A DNA stretch of 64,000 nt from Burkholderiaceae bacterium (GCA_035559275.1 DATMBN010000048.1:998-64997); one strand, 5' to 3'; positions 9,418 through 18,457 are shown, counted from the first letter of the stretch. Notes: generated from the sequence alone by a model not told the origin. Numbers and translations: made by a program.

Positions 9418-9816
9418 CTATTGCTGGTTCTTCAGCAACGTGCTGAAGAGACTGGTCGCGGCCGACGCCAGGCCCGTCGAGATGTGCAGCTTGGCGAAGG
9501 TCATGTGCGCCTCCATCGAGTGATCGGTCAGCGCGAACATCGTCTTGATCGGGTCGCGCAGGTCGATGGCCTCCAGCATGCTGCGCCGCATCTCCTCGTA
9601 CGACCGCACGTTGCCGGTGAGTTGCGCGGCATAAGCCATCGCGGCATCACGCAGCGCATGGGGCGCGCTGGTCGCCGGCGGAGCGGGCACGCCCTGCATC
9701 ATGTGGGCGAACATGCGCGTCTCGGCCGGATCGAAGCGCGACGGACCGCCGTGCGCCTGCGGCGTCGGGGCGGCCGCCGGCGCCGACGAGGCGGCCGAGG
9801 TGACGGGTTCGGTCAT
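9418..9816 (-). CDS. sctI: T3SS inner-rod protein SctI (HrpB2-like)
   Basis: 132 aa from ATG 9816, just upstream of sctJ; ends TLLKNQQ, matching the conserved HrpB2 C-terminal TLMKNQ motif. Confidence 0.75.
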   Translation of the reverse strand: MTEPVTSAASSAPAAAPTPQAHGGPSRFDPAETRMFAHMMQGVPAPPATSAPHALRDAAMAYAAQLTGNVRSYEEMRRSMLEAIDLRDPIKTMFALTDHSMEAHMTFAKLHISTGLASAATSLFSTLLKNQQ

Positions 9817-9917
9817 GGCATCTCCCTGCAACGCACAACGGGTGCGGCGCCGCGCGAGCGCAGCAGCCGGACCCAGGGCGGACACCGCACGGCCTCCCCG
9901 GCCATGCGGCCTCCCGT

Positions 9918-10121
9918 TCAAGCCGCCTTCGCGGCCTGGCGCATGTCGTTGCCGGTCGACTTGGCGACTTCGCCCCCGGCGGCGTTCGCGCCGTTGACGG
10001 TGTGCGTCGTGGACGCCGCACCCTGGATCGCCGTGGACGCCGCCATGCTGGCCGACATCAGGCGCGCGTTGTCCGCGGCCGCTTTCTGCATTTGGGAGAT
10101 CGACTCATTGACAGACGACAT
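9918..10121 (-). CDS. Small helical protein, candidate needle/Hrp-pilus subunit (SctF/HrpA/HrpY-like)
   Basis: 67 aa, Ala/Ser/Gln/Met-rich, no aromatics, strong GGAG SD; lies between sctD and sctI. Confidence 0.65.
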   Translation of the reverse strand: MSSVNESISQMQKAAADNARLMSASMAASTAIQGAASTTHTVNGANAAGGEVAKSTGNDMRQAAKAA

Positions 10122-10264
10122 CTTTCACTCCTGAGTGGTTGGTTGGACGAGTGCCAGTGAAGCTCCCGCCCGGCGGGCGGGGCATTCCATGCGGGCGCCG
10201 ATCGGGCATCCGGCATGAAATCCGTCGGACGCAAGGGGTGTTGCGCGGTCCATCGCTTGCGTGT

Positions 10265-11392
10265 TCATTTCGGGTCGCCGGGCCTGGCGTCGTTGCCACC
10301 GCTGAGCACCAGGCCGTCTGCGTCGATTCTCTTGAGTTCCGCACCCGAGCGCAGCACCGAACCTTCGTAGTAGCGGGTGCCGTTCGACAGTTGGATGTGG
10401 CGCAGTCCGTTGCCGTCGTCGGTGATGCCCACCATGCGCGCGGGCAGGATGCTCTGCCATGCGGCCCACTGCGCGTTGGGGTCGGTCTCATCCTTGCGTT
10501 CCTTCGGGCGGTACTGCACCTTGTCGGAGACCAGCACCGTCGGGTGCAGGTCTTCGCTCAGGCGCCGCACCTTCTGGCGCACGGACTCGTCGTCGACGGT
10601 GCCGGTGAGCAGAAGGCGCCCCTGCCCCGCGTACTGCACCGCCACGCCGGGGTCGGCGATGTAGCGGCGCGCCTGCTCGACCATGTCCTCCGCCGCGTGC
10701 ACGTGGACGGCCACGCCCGAGCCGAAAGGCCCCATGACCTGTTGCAGGCTCGCCTTGCGCGCCCGCGACTCTACGTATCCTCGTAGGACGATCTGGCCGC
10801 CCGGTTGGGCGATGACCTCGACCTCCGGGTAGGCGGCGACGATGCGTTCCACCTCGGCGAGGTGGGCGGCCACGCTGCCGGCGGGGCCACGCCCGTGCGG
10901 CAGTAGCGTCACGACGACCAACCCCGCCAGCGCCAGCGTCCCGAGCGCCAGGCCGGCGCGCAGGTAGGGTTGACGCAGGAGCGGGGCCTCCACGGGTACT
11001 TCCCTCGCGACCGTCGAGGGCGCCGCCTGCTCAGGCGCAAACATGTCCTCGGCCTCGATCGCCGGGTAGCTGCGGTCGAGCTGCACCTCGATACTCCCGA
11101 TCGTCAGGACATCGCCCGCAACCAGGCTGCGGCGCTGCTTGAGTTCCTCGCCGTTCACCTGGGCGGTGGCGGTGCCGAGCTTCTGCACCGACACGACGAG
11201 CTCGCCGACCGTGAGCACCAGGTGGCGCGGCAGCACGTCGCCGCCCGGCAGCATCACGTCGCATTCGCCCGAGCTGCCCAGGACGTTGCTGCCTGGATGC
11301 AGCGCGATGGTGCGGCCGCGCAGCACGCCGCTTTGCAGGCGCAGGCACCAGGTCGGCGCCGGCGCGACAGGGGTGGCCTCGGCTGTCGTCAT
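10265..11392 (-). CDS. sctD: T3SS inner-membrane ring protein SctD
   Basis: N-terminal FHA-like domain (LRLQSGVLRGRTIAL...LGSSGECDVML), one TM, periplasmic ring-building region, C-terminal GTRYYEGSVLRSG. Confidence 0.88.
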   Translation of the reverse strand: MTTAEATPVAPAPTWCLRLQSGVLRGRTIALHPGSNVLGSSGECDVMLPGGDVLPRHLVLTVGELVVSVQKLGTATAQVNGEELKQRRSLVAGDVLTIGSIEVQLDRSYPAIEAEDMFAPEQAAPSTVAREVPVEAPLLRQPYLRAGLALGTLALAGLVVVTLLPHGRGPAGSVAAHLAEVERIVAAYPEVEVIAQPGGQIVLRGYVESRARKASLQQVMGPFGSGVAVHVHAAEDMVEQARRYIADPGVAVQYAGQGRLLLTGTVDDESVRQKVRRLSEDLHPTVLVSDKVQYRPKERKDETDPNAQWAAWQSILPARMVGITDDGNGLRHIQLSNGTRYYEGSVLRSGAELKRIDADGLVLSGGNDARPGDPK

Positions 11393-11396
11393 GGCA

Positions 11397-13115
11397 TCAG
11401 CCTCCGCTGGGAGCGGGAAGCGCGCCCGCCGTCGACGGCACCACCATGCGCGGCGTGAGCATGTAGAACCGCTCGAGCTTCAGCGAGCGCTTCTCGGAAT
11501 ACCGGAACAGGTTCCCGAGCACCGGGATCTTCGACAGCACCGGCACACCCGTCACCCCATTGACCGTCTCCAGCGAGCTGTAACCTGCGATCAGCAGGCT
11601 CGCGCCGTCGGCGACGAGGGCCTGCGTGTTGACGGTGCGTCGCCGCACGATGGGGATGTTGTCCACCGTCACCTCGCTCAGGTCGCCGTCCTCGATGTTG
11701 ATGGACAGCATCACGCCACGCCCCTCGTTCTCGTCGATGAGCAGCGGCGTGACGCGCACCGCGGTGCCGGCGGTGACGCTGAAGAGCGCGGCGTCCTGGA
11801 AGCCGTCGACGCGCACGTGGAACTCGTTGAGGTTCTCCAGCACCGCCTCGTTGTTGTCGAGCGTCAACACCTTGGGCCGCGCGACGAAGTTGGCATCGCC
11901 TGTCTTGGTCAATGCGTGCACGCGCGCGAGCAGGTAGTTGCGCACGTCGTTGCCGATGGAGGCGGTGAACACGCCTCCCATCGGCGGCGCCGCGCCGGTC
12001 TGCCCTGCCTCGGTGGTGCCATTGCCCCAGGTGAGCGGCACGCCCGTGCCCCGGCCGGTCTGGAAGTCCGCATGCCGGCCGTGCGCGCGCCAGTCCACGC
12101 CCAGGCTGTCGAGCGTGTCGGTGCTGATGTCCATGATGGTGACCTCGATCTCGATCAGCCGCGGCCGCACGTCCATCGACTGGATCACCCGCGCGTGTTG
12201 CGCCATGCGGTCCGGCAGGTCGCGCACCAGCACCGCGTTCATGCGTGTGTCGGCATGGAACTGGGGCAGCTCCTGGCTGGAGGACAGGGCCGCGTCGAGG
12301 CCCTCGCTATCCGGCGAGACGGCGGGAAGCTCGACCCGGGGGGCATTGATCGTCTCGCCGGTGCGCAATTGGATCTGGCGCGGCGGTCCCACGCGGAAGG
12401 GGGCGTTCGCCTCGCCTGCGGGTGCCGCGCCGCGCGATGCCCTTCCTCCATAGAGGCGACGCAGCACGCTGGCAACCCCCGGTACCGTCACTTCGCGGCC
12501 CTGGCGGTTGATCTTGAAGTCGCCAGCCCATGCGTACTTGAGCGGGAAGAGCCGGATCTCGGAGTGGTCGGCCAGCGCCGCGCGCTCGTCGGCCAGCTTG
12601 ACCGCCTGGCGCACCATCTCGACATAGCGCTTGGGACCGGAAACGAAGACGCTGCCCTGGTTCTCGCTGATCGACAGCGGAAACCGGCTGTCCGAGATGC
12701 GCAGCGCGACGATGGTCTCGGCGATGCGCCTGGCGCTGCCCGGGGTGATCGACATCACCTCGCTGCGTGCCTCACTGGCCAGGTCCACGTACAGGAAGGA
12801 GCCGTCGAAGTACCACGTCAGGCCATAGGTGGAGCAGACGCTGTCCAGGATCTGCTTGGCCGCACCGCTGAATCTGCCGCTGATCACGCCGCTCACCTTC
12901 GGGTCGACGACCGCGGTCGTGCCTTGCGAGGCCGCCAGTTCGCGCAGGAAGTCCGGCAGCGGCTTCTCGTTGGCGACGATCTGGAAAGGCCGGCCCGTCC
13001 ATCGCAGTTCGGCGGCATGGGCCGCCTGCGCGAGGACGAGCAGCACCATCGCGGCGAGGAGCCAGATCCAGAGGCCCGCGCGGGGCGGTTGCGTCAGCGG
13101 CAGTCGTGCGGTCAT
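11397..13115 (-). CDS. sctC: T3SS outer-membrane secretin SctC
   Basis: 572 aa from ATG 13115 with signal peptide; PRLIEIEVTIMD, ARPKVLTLDNNEA, VPVLSKIPVLGNLF. Confidence 0.96.
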   Translation of the reverse strand: MTARLPLTQPPRAGLWIWLLAAMVLLVLAQAAHAAELRWTGRPFQIVANEKPLPDFLRELAASQGTTAVVDPKVSGVISGRFSGAAKQILDSVCSTYGLTWYFDGSFLYVDLASEARSEVMSITPGSARRIAETIVALRISDSRFPLSISENQGSVFVSGPKRYVEMVRQAVKLADERAALADHSEIRLFPLKYAWAGDFKINRQGREVTVPGVASVLRRLYGGRASRGAAPAGEANAPFRVGPPRQIQLRTGETINAPRVELPAVSPDSEGLDAALSSSQELPQFHADTRMNAVLVRDLPDRMAQHARVIQSMDVRPRLIEIEVTIMDISTDTLDSLGVDWRAHGRHADFQTGRGTGVPLTWGNGTTEAGQTGAAPPMGGVFTASIGNDVRNYLLARVHALTKTGDANFVARPKVLTLDNNEAVLENLNEFHVRVDGFQDAALFSVTAGTAVRVTPLLIDENEGRGVMLSINIEDGDLSEVTVDNIPIVRRRTVNTQALVADGASLLIAGYSSLETVNGVTGVPVLSKIPVLGNLFRYSEKRSLKLERFYMLTPRMVVPSTAGALPAPSGG

Positions 13116-13378
13116 GAGAGGGTCGTCACGGTATGAAAGGCCCGTTCGGCGAAGCGCATCACGTGGCGGCCGAGCCAGCCGGCCGTGACGACGATCGCCA
13201 CCATGACGGCGATCAACCGTATGGACTGGCCGATGCTCTGGTCCTGGATCTGCGTGACCGCCTGCAGCACGGCGACGATCAGCGCGGTCACGGTGGCCAC
13301 CACCACGACCGGCAGCGAGACCCACAGCACGACGAACAGGCCCTCGCGCGTGAGATCGAGTACGTTGAGCGGCGTCAT
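13112..13378 (-). CDS. sctS: T3SS export apparatus protein SctS
   Basis: VAVLQAVTQIQDQSI motif, 88 aa; alternative GTG start at 13384. Confidence 0.93.
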   Translation of the reverse strand: MTPLNVLDLTREGLFVVLWVSLPVVVVATVTALIVAVLQAVTQIQDQSIGQSIRLIAVMVAIVVTAGWLGRHVMRFAERAFHTVTTLS

Positions 13379-13385
13379 GCGCACC

Positions 13386-15461
13386 TCATGGGGCCTTGGG
13401 GTTGGTGACCCAGCCGACCGGCTGCAGCGAGACGTCGTCGTCCACCTCCTGGTACGACAACACCGGCAGCTGCGGCGCGACCGGCTCGAGCAGCATCTTC
13501 ACGTAGCGCCTGACGTCGGACGACGCGATCGCCACCACGCGTCCCGTCGTCGTCTCGAGGATGCGCCGCGTCTGCTCGCGGATGTCCTGCGTCACGGCGG
13601 GGCTGAGCAGCAGCAGATTGCCTCGCGACGAGCGCTCGATCGCGCCCTGCACGCGCTCGAGCAGACTGGACTCGAACAGGATCGCGTCGAGCCGCCGCTC
13701 CGGGCCCACGTAGCGGCTCGTGATGTAGCGGCCCATGTCGATGCGCACCAGTTCGGTCAGGGCGATGGTGTCCTGCTCCTTCGGCGCCCAGTTGACCAGG
13801 CTCTCGCAGATGGCGTGCAGGTTGCGCACCGGGATACCCTCCTGCAGCAGGCGCCGCAGCACCTCGGCCATGCGCTGCACGGGCACCACGCGCGCCACCT
13901 CCGCGGCCAGATCGGGCGCGTCGCGCTGCACCGTGTGCAGCAGCCGCTGCACCTCCTGCAGCCCGATGAACTGCTGCACGTGGCGCCGCACGACCTGTTC
14001 CGCATGCCGCGCGATCACTTCCTCCACGCTCCACGAACGAGCGCCGTCCGGAAGCTGGCGCACCCACACCACGCGGGCAAAGGGCCCGAACGGCGCGCCG
14101 ACCTCGGCACCCGGCGCAGGCGCCGTGGCCTCGGCCGGATCGAGCAGCCGGGCACCTGGTTGCACCGCGCCCTGGGAGACGACGACGTCCTGCACGAGGA
14201 GCTGATAGGCGCGGTCGCCGAGGGTCGGCGAGTAGCCCACGTGCACGCGTGGGAACACAGGGCCCAGGTCGCTCTCGAGCTGCGCCTTCGTCACGGCGAG
14301 CTGGCGGTCGAGCTCGTGCCTGTCGATCTCGCCCCTGAGCCCGCCCGCCAGCCGCACGGCCAGCGGCGCGGCGACGGCATCCGCCTCCGTGTACGGAAGA
14401 TCGGCGCCCGCTTCGTCCTCTCGATGCCGGATCCACGACGGCGTGCGGGTGCGCTGGCGCACACGGCGCAGCACGAGCCCGGCGCCCAGGATCCCGAAGG
14501 CCAACAGCGCGAAGGCCCACTTGGGGAAGCCCGGCACCGCGAGGAAGCTGGAAAGCGCGAGCCCCGCGACGATGAGGGCGCGCGGGTGGGCGAGGATCTG
14601 CCGGCCGATCTGGCTCGACAGCTGCGCCTCGGAGCCGCCTTCTCCAGCACCCACGCGGGTGATGACGACACCGGCCGCGATCGACACCAGCAGGGACGGG
14701 ATCTGCGAGACCATGCCGTCGCCGACCGTGAGGATGGCGTACCGCTGCAACGCCGCGCCGATACCCATGTCCAGCATCAGCGTGCCGATCGCCAGGCCCG
14801 CGAGGATGTTGACGATCGCGATGACGATGCCCGCGATGGCGTCGCCCTTGACGAACTTCATCGCGCCGTCCATCGCACCGTGGAAGGAGCACTCCTGCTC
14901 CAGCAGCTGGCGCCGCCTCTGCGCCTCGGTGGACGACAGCACGCCGGCTCGCACCTCCGCGTCGATGCTCATCTGCTTGCCGGGCATCGCATCGAGCGCG
15001 AAGCGGGCGGCGACTTCCGCCACGCGCTCGGAGCCCTTGGCGATCACGATGAACTGCACGATCGCGATGATCGTGAACACCACCGCCCCGACCACGACGT
15101 TGTTGCCGACGATCAGCCGGCCGAAGGTATCGATGATGGCGCCTGCATGGGCGTGCAGGAGGATCAGCTTGGTCGACGCGATGTTGAGCGCCAGCCGGAA
15201 CAAGGTGGTGAACAGCAGCAGCGACGGGAACGTCGACAGCGACAGTGCCGAGGGCACGTACATCGCGACGATCAGCAGCACGACGCTCATCGAGAGGTTG
15301 GCCGCGATCAGCAGGTCCAGCAGCGGCGCCGGCAGCGGCAGCACGAACAGCGCGACGATGGCGACGAGCAGCGCCGCCAGCAGCAGGTCGTTCTGCCTGC
15401 GCGTGAGGCGGAGGAGTTCCCGTACGCCGCCGCCTGGAATGCGCGATGGAATGGCTGCCAT
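13386..15461 (-). CDS. sctV: T3SS export gate SctV (LcrD/HrcV family)
   Basis: RVAEVAARFALDAMPGKQMSIDA, FHGAMDGAMKFVKGDAIAG, C-terminal LPVLSYQEV. Confidence 0.98.
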   Translation of the reverse strand: MAAIPSRIPGGGVRELLRLTRRQNDLLLAALLVAIVALFVLPLPAPLLDLLIAANLSMSVVLLIVAMYVPSALSLSTFPSLLLFTTLFRLALNIASTKLILLHAHAGAIIDTFGRLIVGNNVVVGAVVFTIIAIVQFIVIAKGSERVAEVAARFALDAMPGKQMSIDAEVRAGVLSSTEAQRRRQLLEQECSFHGAMDGAMKFVKGDAIAGIVIAIVNILAGLAIGTLMLDMGIGAALQRYAILTVGDGMVSQIPSLLVSIAAGVVITRVGAGEGGSEAQLSSQIGRQILAHPRALIVAGLALSSFLAVPGFPKWAFALLAFGILGAGLVLRRVRQRTRTPSWIRHREDEAGADLPYTEADAVAAPLAVRLAGGLRGEIDRHELDRQLAVTKAQLESDLGPVFPRVHVGYSPTLGDRAYQLLVQDVVVSQGAVQPGARLLDPAEATAPAPGAEVGAPFGPFARVVWVRQLPDGARSWSVEEVIARHAEQVVRRHVQQFIGLQEVQRLLHTVQRDAPDLAAEVARVVPVQRMAEVLRRLLQEGIPVRNLHAICESLVNWAPKEQDTIALTELVRIDMGRYITSRYVGPERRLDAILFESSLLERVQGAIERSSRGNLLLLSPAVTQDIREQTRRILETTTGRVVAIASSDVRRYVKMLLEPVAPQLPVLSYQEVDDDVSLQPVGWVTNPKAP

Positions 15462-15524
15462 GTCGGTTGCACCTCGTGGGGACCTGGCCGCGCGTGGCGA
15501 GCGCAGCGCCGGACCGTGCGCCGC

Positions 15525-15570
15525 ACTCTAAGAGCCGGTGCTTGGTACCGGCAACACCGAGTCTTCGTAG
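15525..15570 (-). promoter_or_regulatory. Putative activator box plus sigma70 promoter of the sctV operon
   Basis: Minus strand reads CTACGAAGACTCGGTG-TTGCCG-N18-TAGAGT. Confidence 0.6.
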
Positions 15571-15594
15571 CTTTGCGCAGGCCTTGCGTCGCTT

Positions 15595-15639
15595 CTACGC
15601 GTCCTCGTAGTCCGTATGCCTCAGGGGCTTGGCTACGCT
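15595..15639 (+). promoter_or_regulatory. Putative activator box (perfect CTACG-N6-CGTAG) plus promoter of sctQR
   Basis: CTACGCGTCCTCGTAG-TCCGTA-N17-TACGCT; the poor -35 is consistent with activator dependence. Confidence 0.55.
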
Positions 15640-15685
15640 GCCTGCGCACCCCTTACTGCATACGTACAGGCGAAAGGCGCGACAC

Positions 15686-16756
15686 GTGGGATCGAGCGAC
15701 ACGGTGACGGACCTTGCGAGCTGCCGGCTGCTACCGCGGCTGGAGCCCGCGGTCGCCCGTGCCCTCAGCCGGCTCTACGGGGCGCTGCCGGCGGTGCGCT
15801 TGGTCGTGGGCGGCGCGACGTACGAACTGGAGTGGGACTTCGCCGCCCTGCCCGTGCCCGGGCAGGAGGCGTTCCGCTTCCGCCTCGGCCCGCACGCAGG
15901 ATGGCTGTACCTGGACGCGCCGGCGCAGTGCGCGCTGATGCATGAACGCCGCGCCGAATCCTTGCCCAAGGACCTGCGCTACCTGCTGCTGGCCGACGCG
16001 CTGGCCCCGCTGGCCGATCGCCTCGAGGCGCTGCTGCGCCTGCGCTTCGAATGGTCGCCCGATGAGACGGCGCCCGCGGCCGAGCCGGCCGAGGCCGAAC
16101 GCGGTGCGTGCTTCCTCGTGCAGGCGGATGACGGCACCCGCTACGGCGGGTGGATACGGTTCGATCCCCCGCAGGCACTGGACAAGCTGCTCGCGCTGGT
16201 GCCCGCCCGGCCTCGCCCGCGGCGCCATGGGTTGGCCGGGCTGCGCATCCCGCTGTCCTTCGTGGTCGGGCGCACGCAGATCCGGCTGCGCGAGGTCCGC
16301 AGCATCCGGGCGGGCGACATCATCGGCATCGAGGACTGGGCCTCGTCGGGCTCGGCGCTGGTCGTCACGGCGCAGATGGGCGGGCCAGCGGGCCTGCAGG
16401 TCGTCGCACTCGCCGAAGGCGCGCGCATCACCGTTCAACAACTCAAGGACACAGCCATGACCGCAGAGATCTCCCCGTCCACGGCGCCCGACGAGGAAAG
16501 CGACGCCGGCCACCTGCCACTGGACCGGCTCGATGCGCTGGAAGTGACGCTGCGCTTCGAGGTGGGCGACCTGGCCACCTCCCTCGGCGAGCTGCGCAGC
16601 CTGCGCCCCGGCCACGTGTTCGAGCTCGGCCACGAGCTCAACCGCAGCCCGGTGCGCATCCTCGCGCACGGCAACGTGCTCGGACGCGGCTACCTCGTGG
16701 CCGTGGGCGACCGGCTCGGCGTGCGCGTCAGCGAGTTCGCTCCCAGCGAGATCTGA
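15686..16756 (+). CDS. sctQ: T3SS cytoplasmic ring/sorting platform SctQ
   Basis: C-terminal SPOA domain (LEVTLRFEVG...LRSLRPGHVFEL...GRGYLVAVGDRLGVRV). The start is uncertain; GTG 15686 was chosen for its AAAGG SD and position downstream of the predicted promoter. Confidence 0.9.
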   Translation: MGSSDTVTDLASCRLLPRLEPAVARALSRLYGALPAVRLVVGGATYELEWDFAALPVPGQEAFRFRLGPHAGWLYLDAPAQCALMHERRAESLPKDLRYLLLADALAPLADRLEALLRLRFEWSPDETAPAAEPAEAERGACFLVQADDGTRYGGWIRFDPPQALDKLLALVPARPRPRRHGLAGLRIPLSFVVGRTQIRLREVRSIRAGDIIGIEDWASSGSALVVTAQMGGPAGLQVVALAEGARITVQQLKDTAMTAEISPSTAPDEESDAGHLPLDRLDALEVTLRFEVGDLATSLGELRSLRPGHVFELGHELNRSPVRILAHGNVLGRGYLVAVGDRLGVRVSEFAPSEI

Positions 16757-16761
16757 GGACG

Positions 16762-17415
16762 ATGGGCCTGCCCGAACCCCTCACCCTGGTCGCGCTGATC
16801 GTCGCCTTCGGCGTCGCGCCCTTCGTCGCGCTGATGGTGACGAGCTACACCAAGCTCGTGATCGTCTTCGGCCTGCTTCGCACCGCGCTCGGCCTGCAGC
16901 AGACCCCACCGAACATGGTGCTCAACGGCATCGCGATCGTGCTGACGATCTACATCATGGCGCCCGTGGGCATGGACGTCGCCGACAGCCTGCGCAACCG
17001 CAGCCTCGGGGCACCGGGCGAGACGATGAAGGACATCGTCACCATCCTCGAGACGGCCAAGGAGCCGATCAAGGAGTTCCTGCAGAAGCACACGCAGGAG
17101 CGGGACCGCCAGTTCTTCCTCAAGTCGGCGCAGAACATCTGGCCCAAGGAACGGGCCGACTCGCTGCAAGCCGACGACCTGATGGTGCTCGTGCCCAGCT
17201 TCACCTTGAGCGAGCTGACGCGCGCCTTCCAGATCGGCTTCATCATCTATCTGGTGTTCGTCGTCGTCGACCTCATCGTCGCGACCGTGCTCCTCGCGCT
17301 CGGCATGTCGATGATCGCGCCCACCACCATCTCGCTGCCGTTCAAGCTGCTGCTCTTCGTGATGCTCGATGGCTGGACGCGGTTGATCCACGGACTGGTG
17401 CTGTCTTACCGGTAG
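16762..17415 (+). CDS. sctR: T3SS export apparatus protein SctR
   Basis: TSYTKLVIVFGLLRTALGLQQTPPNMVLNG, PSFTLSELTRAFQIGF, ISLPFKLLLFVMLDGW. Confidence 0.97.
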   Translation: MGLPEPLTLVALIVAFGVAPFVALMVTSYTKLVIVFGLLRTALGLQQTPPNMVLNGIAIVLTIYIMAPVGMDVADSLRNRSLGAPGETMKDIVTILETAKEPIKEFLQKHTQERDRQFFLKSAQNIWPKERADSLQADDLMVLVPSFTLSELTRAFQIGFIIYLVFVVVDLIVATVLLALGMSMIAPTTISLPFKLLLFVMLDGWTRLIHGLVLSYR

Positions 17416-17473
17416 TGACGGGCGCTGCCCGCCGACCGATCACCGTCACGAAGGAAGGTGTGCAGGAATCGCT

Positions 17474-18406
17474 TCAGGCGACGGGCCGGGAGGGCCAGAT
17501 CGAGGCGGCCGCGGCGGCGTTCACCAGCTGCACCCGGTTGCGCACGCCGAAGTGCCGGCGCAGCTGGCGCATGTGATAGTCGATGGCATAGGCGCTCAAC
17601 CCCAGCTGCTCGGCGATGCCGCGGTCGCTGTGGCCCTTGGCCAGGAGGTCCAGGATCTCGATCTGCCGCGCCGACAGCGCCTGCCGCGCCGCCGAAACGG
17701 CAGGGCGGATCAGCGCATGGCGCGACAGCAGTTCGTGCATGCAGCACGCCAGCGTGAACGCCCCCTGCAGCACCTGGTCGCTGAGCCATTCGGCGCGCGG
17801 ATCGCTCGACAGCAGGCTCACCAGATAGCGCTCGTTCTGCCGCCTGGGGCCCGGCACGTCGAACGACACGCCCGAGCCCACGCCGCTGGCCCGCAGATCG
17901 TCCAGGTAGGCCCGCGCGCGGTCCGACCTCATCGTCCGATGGGCCGCCAGCTCGTCGACCGTCCATGCGATCGGCAGGCTGGTCTCGGTCGTGCCTTGAT
18001 AGAACGGATCGACCTCGTGATGCCGGCGACTGAAGTACCGGTGCAGCAATGTCGGGTTCGCATAGCTGGCGAGGAACGCGCGCGGATGCAGCTGCCGCCG
18101 CTCGACGGCGATGCTGCCGTAGACCATCCACTCGAACCCCAGGTCGCGCAAGGCGTTGCGCACGACCTCGCCACGCGCCCGGGCTCCGTTGGCACGGTGC
18201 AACTGCTCGGCCAGTCGCGGCAGCCGGAAGGCGGGCAGCTGCACCGCCGGGATCACGAGGTCGCTCTCCTCGTAGAACAGCACCGCCTGGCGACCGGTGG
18301 CCCCGTGGTCCGCGAGCCTGCGCAATGCGGACGCCGCGTCGTGGCCGTCGATGGCGGCCTGCGCGTCGGCGGAGGAGGAAGGTCTGCGGTGTGCCTGCCG
18401 TTCCAA
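17474..18406 (-). CDS. LuxR-family transcriptional regulator (autoinducer-binding domain plus HTH), no adjacent luxI (LuxR solo)
   Basis: Y-x8-DP-x13-W and SG motifs of the Autoind_bind domain; C-terminal LSARQIEILDLLAKG...IAEQLGLS HTH; TTG start with AGGGAAG SD. Confidence 0.9.
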   Translation of the reverse strand: MERQAHRRPSSSADAQAAIDGHDAASALRRLADHGATGRQAVLFYEESDLVIPAVQLPAFRLPRLAEQLHRANGARARGEVVRNALRDLGFEWMVYGSIAVERRQLHPRAFLASYANPTLLHRYFSRRHHEVDPFYQGTTETSLPIAWTVDELAAHRTMRSDRARAYLDDLRASGVGSGVSFDVPGPRRQNERYLVSLLSSDPRAEWLSDQVLQGAFTLACCMHELLSRHALIRPAVSAARQALSARQIEILDLLAKGHSDRGIAEQLGLSAYAIDYHMRQLRRHFGVRNRVQLVNAAAAASIWPSRPVA

Positions 18407-18457
18407 GACTGTCGCTTCCCTGGAGCCCGGCCCGAGGTCTCGGACCCGTCGCCACGG

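Noticed and set aside
15629-15685. ORF-track N-terminal extension of SctQ (also the extended starts given for sctT, sctL, sctK, sctC, MFS, xth, rmlBCD, kpsC, kpsS, PhyH)
   Set aside because: These starts lie upstream of the predicted promoter or inside neighbouring genes; downstream ATG/GTG codons with SD sequences match family N-termini.
15462-15690. PIP/hrpII box (TTCGB-N15-TTCGB) or HrpL box controlling the T3SS
   Set aside because: TTCGT at 15564 is followed 20 nt later by TTGCG, not TTCGB. No second half-site on either strand and no GGAACC-N16-CCAC were found.
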